A stretch of DNA of 60,000 bases from Malacoraja senta (lineage: Eukaryota): positions 3,350,001-3,410,000 of the forward strand of contig CM075997.1 in NCBI GenBank assembly GCA_038087875.1, given 5' to 3'. The position numbers and the translations under genes were made by a program. The notes beneath the pieces are model-generated. The model did no database searches and was not told where the DNA came from. It saw nothing but the letters and a program-made list of their open reading frames with translations. Below, in pieces: positions 49,793-60,000 of the stretch; the stretch's first letter is position 1; each line of letters begins with the position of its first letter.

Positions 49793-51452
49793 AAAATAGG
49801 TGTATAAAATCATGAGGGACATACATAAGGTGAATGGTCATAGTCTTTTTCCCAGGGGACGGCAATCAAAAACTTTTTGAAGGCAGGGGTTTAAGCTAAG
49901 AGGGGAAAGATTTAGAGTTTAGAGATACAGCTTGGAAACAGCCCACTGAGTCCACGCTGACTATCGATCACCCATTCACAATAGTTCTATGTTATTCTAC
50001 TTTCTCATCCACTCCTAACAAATATGGGGCAATTTTACAGAGGCCAACTGACCTACAAACCCACACGTCTTTGGGTTGTGGGAGAAAACCGGAGCACCTA
50101 GAGAAAATCCACGTGGTCACAAAGAACATGCAAACTCCACACTGACAGCACCCAAGGCCAGGATCGAGCATGGGTCTCTAGCGCTGTGAGATAAGTTCTA
50201 CTAGCTGGAACCTGAGGGGTAAAGTGTTCACACAGAAGGGAGCAGTGTAAAATAAAGTGCTGCCAGACAAAGTGGTAGAACAGGTACAGATAGGGTCTGA
50301 AGAAAGGCCTCGACCCGAAACGTCACACATTCCTTCTCTCCAGAGATACTGCCTGTCCCGCTGAGTTACTCCAGCATTTTTCCTTGGGTACAGCTATGAG
50401 ATTTATAAGACACTTGAACAGGTACACAGATAGGAAAGGTTTGGATCGATATAGGCCAGGTGCATGGAAATCGGATTAGCCTTGTTAAACAATTTGGTTG
50501 GTGTAAACGAGTTAGGCTGATGGGCCTGTTTCTGTGCTCTATAACCCTTATGATTTAAGGAAACTTAACTGTATCTGAACTTTGTAAATCTTTTAGTAAG
50601 TTTGAAAGCAAGAATTTATATTTCCTTTACAATCAACAGACAAATAGAAATCCCTGCAGGATTGGACTGTTCCATGCTGGCATTCGCAGCTGCATCGTTC
50701 ACAGATGATAGGGCTGGCCCGGAGGCGGACTCGTCAATTCTTCAATTTCAACAGGAGATTGGGTAATGGATTGCATTTATTGTTATTCTTACACCATTCT
50801 GTGGATTGCCAAGCAATGTAAAAGGGTCATTTACTGAAGCAGTAGATACAGTTTTTTTCTCTGAAGAAGGGTTTCGACCTGAAACATAGCCTATTTCCTT
50901 CGCTCCATAGATGCTGCCTCACCCGCTGAGTCTCTCCAGCATTTTTGTCTACCTACAGCTTTTTAAAATCTCTTTTCACTTTTTTATTACAATTTTTCAC
51001 AGTAGTGAAAGGAGTACCAGCTGAAGGTCACTTATAAGTCGGCGATATTTAAAGACAGCAGATAGCACACTTTTTCAGAATGTTATCCCATTTTTTACAT
51101 TCTATAGTGTTTCCCTCTCCCCGACTCACAATCTGAAGAAAGGTCTCGACTGGAATCATCATTCCTTCCATCCAGAGCTGCTGCCTGTCCACTCAGTTAC
51201 TCCAGCATTTTGTGTCTATCCATAGTTTTACTTGTGATTCTCTATCTTTTTTCTGTTCATGTAATGGTTAGCCAATCTGTTCACCATCCACAATATTGGA
51301 ACGCTCTCCTGTTCTTTGTATGTTGGCAATAGCAATCCCTGATTTCTCCCGTCCACAAAAAGTGCCTTTGGTATGCCAAGGTTTTCTCCCAACTCTATTG
51401 ACATGTTTTACGTTAAAAAAAACTTACAACTACTGAACTTCGTGTATTCCAG

Positions 51453-51699
51453 TTTTACAATACCAAGTAATGAAACAGAAATAGAGAAGGACGAAGAAGA
51501 GGTCAGCGATTTGGTGCAGGTTCTGAATTTCTCCCCTCCCACGGAACCAGAGGCTGACTCCTCTATACAGTCTTTGAAAACCCCCATAGATGATGAAAGT
51601 GAAATTAATTCACTCCTGCAACAAGTAGACATACTACACGATGGGACGAAAGAGGAGCAAGAACAAGGATTCAAAGTCCTTTTGGACAATAAAAATAAG
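51453..51699 (+). CDS. RMDN3: RMDN coding exon 2
   Basis: Acceptor ttccag|, completes Gly: (G)FTIPSNETE...SLLQQVDILHDGTKEEQEQGFKVLLDNKNK; donor AAG|gtaaaa (phase 0). Confidence 0.82.
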
Positions 51700-53384
51700 G
51701 TAAAAACAAATCAAAATATTTTATATTATATAGATGCTCCATAGATGCTGTCTCACCCGCTGAGTTTCTCCAGCATTTTTGTCTATCTTTGATTTTTCCG
51801 GCATCTGCAGTTCTTTCTTAAACAAAATATTTTATTTGCTCTGTGTAGAAGATGCTGGTATGAACCGAAGATAGACACAAAATGCTGGAGTCAGCGTCTG
51901 TGGAGATAAGGAACAGGTGACGTTTTGGGTCGATGAGTTACTCCAGCATTTTGTGTCTATCTTATTTTATTTACTCGATGCCTTAGCAATGCTTGTAGTG
52001 CCCACGGAAACACAGATAAATGCAGAAGAGTAATGCTGTGATAAACTGGCTCAATGCTAAAAATGTTTGTTTAAGTGGTTTAATTTAAGGTTTCTAGCCT
52101 TAATATTTTCATTTCCATTGGCCCACTTTTTTTCCCCTGACACCTGTCTTAAGTGGAATTTTTAATCCATACTCTGTAATTGGCTTCTAAAGTCATCCAG
52201 TCGTAAATCATGGCATGGGAAGTAAAAAAGCAGCCCTGTCACCATTCTCGGAACACCGAACATTAATAGCAAGTAAAATCAACATCCTGTCCATGATTTC
52301 TTCAACATTGATTCCTTGAATTTCTGGAGAAATTACCTTTTAACTACATTTTGTTGGGGCAAAGCCAATTTTTCCCATTGTTGGACCAACTCCAAATTCA
52401 CAAAATGTTCACCTGATTATGGAGAAGGGAAGCAATAGTCTAAACATAATAATAATACATTTTATTTAATGGCGCCTTTCAAGACATTCAAGGTCACCTT
52501 ACATCACACAATATCAGTAATAAACATACAATAAGCAACAAAGCACCAGTAATTACAAAATCAACAATAAAACATACAATTGGCAACGTAGTATAGCACA
52601 ACGAGTTAAGATTGATATAAAATAAGAGATGCAGTTATTGCAGTTAAAATGTGTAAGCTAGTTTAAAAAGATGGGGTCATAAGATGAAGGGTCATTTTCC
52701 AGAATTGTGAACACTGTTTTTCTTTCCACTGATAATTCCTGGGCGAGGATTTTCTATTTTTACTGTAGGAAATAGCAAAGTGTTATAAATCTGATATAAG
52801 AATAAATAGATCATCGCAGTTTCAAAATACATTGATAAAGAACCTTGTCCATGTTCAGGAGCTGTTTAGAAATCTGCAATAATAACATTTCTGTATCCGA
52901 GTCTTCCAAAAATAATGCCTTTTCTCAGCAGCTGGTCTTCATGAGTCTAGCAAAGTGACATTCCTTTATCCGTTATCCGCATCTGTACACTGTGGGTGGT
53001 TTGATTGTAATCTTGTATTGTCTTTCCGCTAACCAACCAACTTAGCAGGCAACCACAGTTTTTCACTGTACCTCGGTACACGTGAGAATGAACCAAACTC
53101 AAACTAAACTCGACCTACACACCAAGAGCCAGTATCAGGGGCGTGCTATGAAGACTAATGCAAACAGCAGTGACCAAAGTCTGTTTAAGAAAAAAATATT
53201 CCTGTCTTTAGCAGAATCAATTCCACTACATTATTGCAATTTATAATTTCATTTTTATTCTGCACAAATATTCTCCAAGTTTCAAATTAAATGAAACTTG
53301 GCAGGCTCACCTACCTCAGTCAATGGGCTTAGAAATTGCTTTACTACATTTTAATGGTGTTAGAGTTCCATTGTGGAACATAAA

Positions 53385-54370
53385 TTTAATTGAGTTTTTT
53401 TGAAGAAGTGATGAAGAAGATTGATAAGGACAGAGTGGTAGATGTTGTCCACATGTAACTCAGCAATGTCTGACGTGGTAGGATAATCTGGAAGGTTAGA
53501 TCACATGGGATCCAGGGTGAAATAATGAAGTGGATACAAAATTGGTTTTGTGGAAAAATACAGAGGGTGGCTGTGAGGAGCTTTTATTCAGATAAAAGGC
53601 CATTGACCATTGATGTACCACAGGGTTCGGTACTGAGTCCACTATTGTTCGTTGTCAGTATTAACGATTTGGATGACTATGTTGGTAACATGGTAGGTAG
53701 GTTTGCAGATGACACCAAAATTGGTGGTTTAGTGGGTAATCAAGAATGTTATCTAAGATTACAACAGGAGCCTACTTCCTTGGCTAACTGCGTCAAGTAA
53801 TACTTACTTTCTGCCTATTATGCCTCCTGGCATGTAGGGCAGCAACAAAGGTCCTCCAGTGTTGATTCCTTCAGTTGCTGTTTCCGTAACATATTTGTTT
53901 TACGAGACAGGGTTGTTAGCCCTGTGCTCAACCTCCAACCTGGAGGACCAGTGGATCGCTCTTCGTCTCGCCTCTACCCTGTCCAGCATGGGAGACCCTA
54001 ACAGGAGATGACTCTCCCGCTGGCATAGCTCTGGGGGTCACTGAGACACACAAGCTCCCCGACCACGACAAGGTTGCAATCCAACGGGGAGGCGTCAAGT
54101 AATGGCAGGTGTAATTTAACTTGGGCAAGTGCAAAGTGTTACAATTCGGTAAGTTAAACCGGGTAGGACATATACAGTAAATGGAGGTGCTAAAAGTGGT
54201 AACATAGGTAGACAGGGTAGTGAAGAAGATGTGTTGCACGCTTGCCTTCATCAGTCAGGGTAGAGATGTTGTCTGACCAGCTGAGTTACTCCAGCTTTTT
54301 GTGCCTGTATTGATTACTGGAGTTGGGCTGCCATGTTGCAAATGTACAAATCGTTGGTGAGACCACACTT
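53385..54370 (+). mobile_element. Degenerate CR1 LINE RT fragment (interrupted)
   Basis: VPQGSVLSPLLF...FADDTKIGG in ORF 53525-53800. Confidence 0.8.
53802..54091 (-). mobile_element. Non-autonomous bipartite RTE-type retroposon (290 bp)
   Basis: 12-bp TSD gcgtcaagtaat at 53790-53801 and 54092-54103; RTE-like 5' UTR (accttgtcgtggtcggggagcttgtgtgtctcagtgacc...gagctatgcc); (taag)n tail. Confidence 0.8.
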
Positions 54371-54689
54371 TAAGGTGAAGAAGTACATGCAGAAAGGTTA
54401 TGTGTAGGAGTTCACAGTGACCACAAGATTGCAATTTAAGTGTTGATCCTTTAAATTACAAAGTTTCATGTAGTTCCACTGTGAGCAAATAAAATCATAC
54501 AGAGGAACATTTCATCCTTTATATAATGCTTGACCTCAACATATACTTTGCTTAAGCAGTTCCTTTGCAGCTTTATGAAACTCAACTTTTGGTCACTACT
54601 ATAAATGAATCACGATGATATTTTTTGCCAACATTTTAGTCGATGGATATGGGCTACCACAAAGGAAATGCTAATAATGTTGTGATTGA

Positions 54690-55070
54690 GGTCAACTGTC
54701 ATATTTTAGAAGGACAGCATCTCATATTTCGCTTGGGCAGCTTACAGCCCAGTGATATGACTATTGATTTCTCGAACTTCAAGGAACCCCGGCATTCCCT
54801 CTCTCTCTATCCCCCCCCCCACCTTGGTCTTGGTCGCACCAGCTTCTCGTTTTCACCCAACAATGGCCTGTTTCCTTTATTATCACTACTTTTTTGCATA
54901 TCTTTAATTCATTGTTCTTTATCTACTACATCATCGTCTATAACTTTTGTTTCCCTTTCCCATGACTTTGAGTCTGAAGAAAGGTCTCGACCGAAACGTC
55001 ACCCATTCCTTCTCTCCAGAGGTGCTGCCTGTCCCGCTGAATTACTCCAGCTTTTTGTGTCTATCTTCAC
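54690..55070 (+). mobile_element. PLE 3' end: GIY-YIG C-terminus, UTR and hammerhead-bearing terminal repeat
   Basis: LEGQHLIFRLGSLQPSDMTIDFSNF followed in cis by ctgaagaaaggtctcgaccgaaacgtcaccc (~54974), linking the abundant repeat to Penelope. Confidence 0.8.
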
Positions 55071-55288
55071 ATTTTAGGTCCCCTCCAGCAATCCATAGAA
55101 ATGTTTTTTCCAAATGGTGATTGTCTTCCAGGACTTTTGGTTCAATATTTCTGCATTTATTGTATATGATGAGTAATCGTTAAGAGTCAGCTAATCGTTT
55201 TACACTGTTAAAAGCAGGTATCCATATTGTTTTTGATGGAGTCATACCTCAGCAATGGTGTTTGAATTAGCTTTATCGTAACTTACAG

Positions 55289-55391
55289 TATGGCAAGAGA
55301 AAGGAGTTCTGCTGGCGAATGATTCGTGCCTACAGTGACATGTTCCAGCTGACAGAGGATAAAGAAACACAGAAATGCTATGCTTTGGCCG
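55289..55391 (+). CDS. RMDN3: RMDN coding exon 3 (103 bp, TPR-like region)
   Basis: ttacag|YGKRKEFCWRMIRAYSDMFQLTEDKETQKCYALA(G)|gtagga; matches the RMDN WRxxRAYSDM signature. Confidence 0.88.
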
Positions 55392-56457
55392 GTAGGAATT
55401 TTATTTCTGTAAATTTAAGATCCAACAGTATCATCTCCCTGCTGAATATGAATAGCCTAGTAAGATTACTTACAATTGGCCAGTGTGGTCAAAGACTGGG
55501 TAGAAACAAAGACATTCCTTTTTTCTCCATTGTTGTTTAGTTTAGGTTAGTATAGAGATACAGCGTGGAAACAGTCTGTGACGACCATCGATTACCCGTA
55601 CCCTGGTTCTATCCTACACACGAAGGGAAAATTTACAGAAGCTAATTAACCTACAAACCTGCACATATTTGGAATGTGGGTGGAAACCAGGGCACCCGAA
55701 GAAAACCTATGTGGTCACATGGAGAACGTACCAATTCAGTACAAACAGCAACCAAAGTCAGGATCGAACCCTGGTCTCTGGCGTTGTAAGGCAGCAACTC
55801 TACTGCTCTGCCACTGTGCCACCCCTAACTTCTCAAGCACTGAAACCTGTAATTTAAAGATTTAAATAGCACTTTTGCTGCAGAGGATGCAAAACGTGTT
55901 TGTTTGTTTGCAAGAGCAAGTTTATAAGTTCACATAAACTCAGAGCAGTAGATGCTGCCTCACGTGAGAGACCCGGGTTCTATCTGAACTATGGGTGCTG
56001 TCTGTACAGAGTTTGAGCGTTCTCCCTGTGACCAGGTGGGTTTTCTTCAGATGGTTTTGTTTCTCGTCACTCCAAAGACGATAAAGTTTGTAGGTTAATT
56101 GGCTGCTGGAAATTGCCCCTAGTGTGTAGGGAGCGAGGGTGGAATAACATCAAACTGGTGTACAGGAGATTGATGGTCAGTGCGGACTCAGGACAAAGGG
56201 CCTTTTTCCACACTGTATCTCTAAAGTAAAGTTAAATTTTGTTTTTTACTTAATACTAAATAAAGATTACTGCCGAATTTTCAGCCAAATATTCGAAATT
56301 AAGAATGCAATTAGGCAGCAAATTCTAAAATGTATCAGCTTTCTTTTTGAAGTTTTAAAATGAAATGGTGACCAGCAAGCAGGTCAGTAATTTTATTTTG
56401 TATCATTTAGCTTTTACTTGCAAGTATTTTAATCCACTGTTCCCTCATTTTACACAG

Positions 56458-56518
56458 GAAGAGATGAAGGAAATGCCAGTTTGAAGGACCATGCGGAGAG
56501 CATAGAATGCCAAATTTG
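56458..56518 (+). CDS. RMDN3: RMDN coding exon 4 (61 bp); gene continues beyond window
   Basis: tttacacag|(G)RDEGNASLKDHAESIECQI(W)|gtatga; phases 1 and 2 consistent with flanking exons. Confidence 0.82.
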
Positions 56519-57254
56519 GTATGAAATTATTCATTTTGTTCCAGTCCAATGCTATTAACCTAGTATCTCAATAAACTATTTTACTCTGTTATATGGAATG
56601 ACAGATCAGTACAAATAGGGTTAATTAAAAATAGATAATAAATTAGTGAAGGAATAGATTCCCTGCATGCCAGTTGTAACATATATGAAAAACATTAGAG
56701 CAGATTTAACTGCCAAAATAATGTTGCGGACCCACAGTTTACAAATAATCTACCAAAGTGTGGTACAATAAAAACTGCTGTGAATAGTGAATCACCACAT
56801 TGCTGGACGTTTGTTCCATTCCCTTTTAGCCTCTGGAACAAATAGCAAAACTATTATCAATGTCCACATGAGATTGAAGAAATTGCTCCATTGGCAATGA
56901 AACTCAACACAAAGTTAGGTCTGATAGCTAGAAGCATATCTATTTAATGTCAAACTCTATGGACTTCCAGAAGGATTTTGATAAGATGCTGTTGATATGG
57001 GACATTTAAAATGGCCATGTGCAGGAAGGAACTGCAGATGCTGGTTTAAACTGAAGATAGATAAAAAATCTGGAGTAACTCAGCGGGACAGGCAGCATCT
57101 CTGGTGAGAAGGAATGTGTGACGTTTCAGGTCATAGAAACATAGAAAATAGCTGCATGAGTAGGCCATTCGGCCCTTCGAGCCAGCACCGCCATTCAATA
57201 TGAATGGCGCAGCTGGCTCGAAAATCAGTACTCCTTTCCTGCTTTCTCACCCTA

Positions 57255-58715
57255 TCCCTGTCTATGTGGACTTTGGCAAGGCCTTTGACAAGGTCCCTCA
57301 TGGAAGGTTAGACCACATGGAATCCATTTGGAATTCAAAATTGGCTTGGAGGGAGGAGTCAAAGGGTATTTGTGGAGAGTTGCCTGTGAGCAGTGGAGTG
57401 CTGCAGGAGTCAGTTCTGCGTCCACTGCTGTTATCAATATTAATGACTTAGATAACAATATGGTTAACATCGTTCGTAAATTTGCACATTACTCCAAAAT
57501 TAGTGGTATAATGGACAGTCAGGAAGGATATCTAACTTTACAACAGGATCTAGATCAGTTTGGAAGGTGGGCCAAGGAATGGCAGATGAAATTTAGCTCG
57601 GCAAGTGTGATGAGTTGCACTTTGGTGTGTCAAAACGGAACAGGGCTTAGACAGTAAATGTTAGAGCCTTATAGAGTGTTGTGGAATAGGGAGATCTATG
57701 AGTACATGTGCATAGTTTCCTGAAAGTGGCAGTTCAGGTGGAAAGGATGGTGAGAAAGGCGTTTGGCACACTTGCCTTCATTGGGTAAGGTATTGAGTAC
57801 AAAAAATAAGACATTATGATACAGCTGGACAAGTCCTTGGTGAGATCACACATAGAGTACTGTTTGCAGCTCTGGTCACCCAGCTATAGGAAGGATGTTA
57901 TCAAGTTGTAAAGGATGCAAAAGAAATTCACCAGGATGTTGCCTGGACTTGTGGGCTTGTGTTATAGGGAGAGGCTGGAAAGGATGGGACAATTTCTTTG
58001 GAGCGTAGAAGGCTGAGGAGTGAGCTTATGAAACACAAAATCATGAGGGACATGGATAACGTGAGTGCTCAGTCTTGTTTTCCAGGTTAGAGGATTCCAA
58101 AACTAGAGTTCATATGCTTTAGGGGAGAGGGGAGAGTTTTAAGAGGGACATCGGGTTTAACTTTTTCATTTGGAGTGTAATCGATATTAGGAAGGATCTG
58201 CCAGAGGAAGTTATTTGGATAGGAAAGGTTTAGAACAGGGGTGGGGAACCTTTTCATGTTGGAATGCCACATTAAGTTAGCTGTGATCTATAAGGCTGCA
58301 TCCAAGAAACTTCAATTAGATACACTTCAAAATGTACATTATTTTGTTATAATAGCCCTCATGACTTACTAATGTTTTAGTTGTGGCCGTCAGTCGGGGA
58401 GTATTATTTCGTTGAATCTTCTTTTACTCTTTGGTATTTTAAATACGTTCATTTTAAGATTAAAATAAATATAATAAGATGAACAAAAACATATTAATAA
58501 AAATAAAAGGATTTGTTCTACAAAATTTGGATTCATTCAAAAGGCCGCACTTAATGGCCTAGATTCATAATGGCCTTAAGGCCACAGGTTCCCCACCCCT
58601 GGTTTAGAAGGATTTGGCCAAATGCAGGCAAATGAGACTAGCCCAGAATGACATCTTGGTCAGACTTGGCATAGACAAGTTTGGCTAAAAACCTCATTGC
58701 CAGTCTGTATAGGTC
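57255..58715 (+). mobile_element. Degenerate CR1 LINE (RT to 3' end)
   Basis: VYVDFGKAFDKVPHGRL, INDLD, LQQDLDQFGRWAKEWQMKF. Confidence 0.8.
58236..58601. mobile_element. hAT (Charlie-like) MITE
   Basis: 16-bp TIR caggggtggggaacct; 8-bp TSD gtttagaa at 58228-58235 and 58602-58609. Confidence 0.9.
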
Positions 58716-59437
58716 TATAACCCTTGACAGAGCAGTTAATAAGACAGGTGCTTTATCAATAGAGGCATAGGGTATAAGAGCAAGGAAGTCGTTCTGAACC
58801 TTCATAAAATACAATTCCGCAGCTGGAATATTGTGTTCACTTCTGGTTCTGTAATAAGAAGCATGTGGAGGCATTAGAGAGAGTCCAGAGTCTGTTGAGG
58901 GAGACTCAACAGCACTTCTCAAACTCATAACCAATACTAGCAAGAAAGCCATTGGTCTCACATGCATGGGTACATCGTTACTTGCAAGTTCCCCTCCAAG
59001 ACACAAACTGTTAACCTGGAAATACATTGCTGTTCCTTCACTGTCATTAGGTCTAAACCCTGAAATTCCCTTCCCAAGAACACTGTAGCAGAAAGAACTT
59101 AATCAGAAAGACTGCGGCTCTTCAGGAAGGTGGTACATTCATGGGAAATTAGGGATGGACAATAAATGCTGGTCTTGCCAGCCATGACAGATTCTAAGAA
59201 TGAACGTGGTCATCCTCCATGCACTTAATGATGCCTGCTTCATTCAAGATTAGTCATTGTTATCACCAGTTTAATACCTGTTGGTTTCTTTCCCCGTGAC
59301 GAAGGCTTGCGATTGTGAGTGGGTATCTGGATGAACACGAAGCAGAGGATAGGTCTGAAGGAAATGAAGAACTCAAGGTGAGAAAAATATTATTTTAGTT
59401 ATCCTTAATGTCTATCTTGACATACACACAATGCACG

Positions 59438-59662
59438 GTAGACAAAAATGCTGGAGAAACTTAGCGGGTGAGGCAGTATCTATGGAGCGAATGAATAGGT
59501 GACGTTTTGGGTCGAGACCCTTCTTCAGAGTCTCGACCCTTCTTCGGGTCTCGACCCGAAAAGTCACCTATTCCTTCGCTGCATAGATGCTGCCTCACCC
59601 GCTGAGTTTCTCCAGCATTTTTGTCTACCTTTGATTTTCCAGCATCTGCAGTTCCTTCTTAT
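59438..59662. mobile_element. PLE palindromic insertion
   Basis: Inverted arms ggtagacaaaaatgctggagaaac.../...gtttctccagcatttttgtctacc with a rearranged centre. Confidence 0.8.
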
Positions 59663-60000
59663 ACATACAATGCATTGTTGTTTTATTATGGGTACAGAAT
59701 GGCTATCATGGAAAATTATTAACAAGTCGGGTCACTTCACACTTAATATATGTGACAATATTGACAGCATTAAATAAAGCGCAGGTTCCTCAGCTTAGAC
59801 TGTGCTACTCTTGTACATTCTAGAACTAGATTAAAAAAAATAAGCAAAGCAATCTACATTCAAATATTAATTGCTAAATGTGAATTCCATCTCTTGCAGG
59901 AGATAGAAGATGAGGCTGGTGTGCTCATTGAACTCACTAGCAGGCAAGTTGATCATACATTCACATCATATGGGGCATGGCGCAGTGGTAAGGGCAGCAC

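Noticed and set aside
50660..50762. Alternative/poison exon in intron 1
   Set aside because: Weak polypyrimidine tract and an in-frame stop; no supporting evidence from sequence alone.
59900..59945. Next RMDN exon (ctcttgcag|gagatag...)
   Set aside because: In the required phase it gives W-R-stop rather than the expected WYAVLCG-like sequence.

Overview
Vertebrate nuclear DNA, most likely a cartilaginous fish (skate/ray/shark-like; inferred from the HE1-type SINE + CR1 + Penelope repeat complement), with one 200-N gap. Roughly the first 44.7 kb is repeat-dense non-coding DNA. From about 44.75 kb there is a CpG-island promoter and the first four coding exons of an RMDN-family gene (RMDN3/PTPIP51-like sequence; it continues beyond the window), with a 3.3-kb L1 in intron 1. 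Mobile elements include Rex1/Babar, CR1, L2 and L1 LINE pieces, V-/HE1-type and CORE-type SINEs, hAT and Harbinger MITEs, and dozens of Penelope-derived terminal fragments. Most notable: (1) two copies of a ~130-140 nt retroposon whose first 54 nt fold into a complete minimal HDV/CPEB3-like ribozyme, with the target-site duplication ending exactly at the predicted cleavage site; (2) a related RTE-type element with a compensatorily changed P1; (3) abundant Penelope hammerhead-ribozyme motifs in palindromic insertions; (4) a nine-unit RFX X-box-like array in the gene promoter. All family assignments come from manual reading and recall, not from database searches; repeat boundaries are approximate unless a TSD is given.
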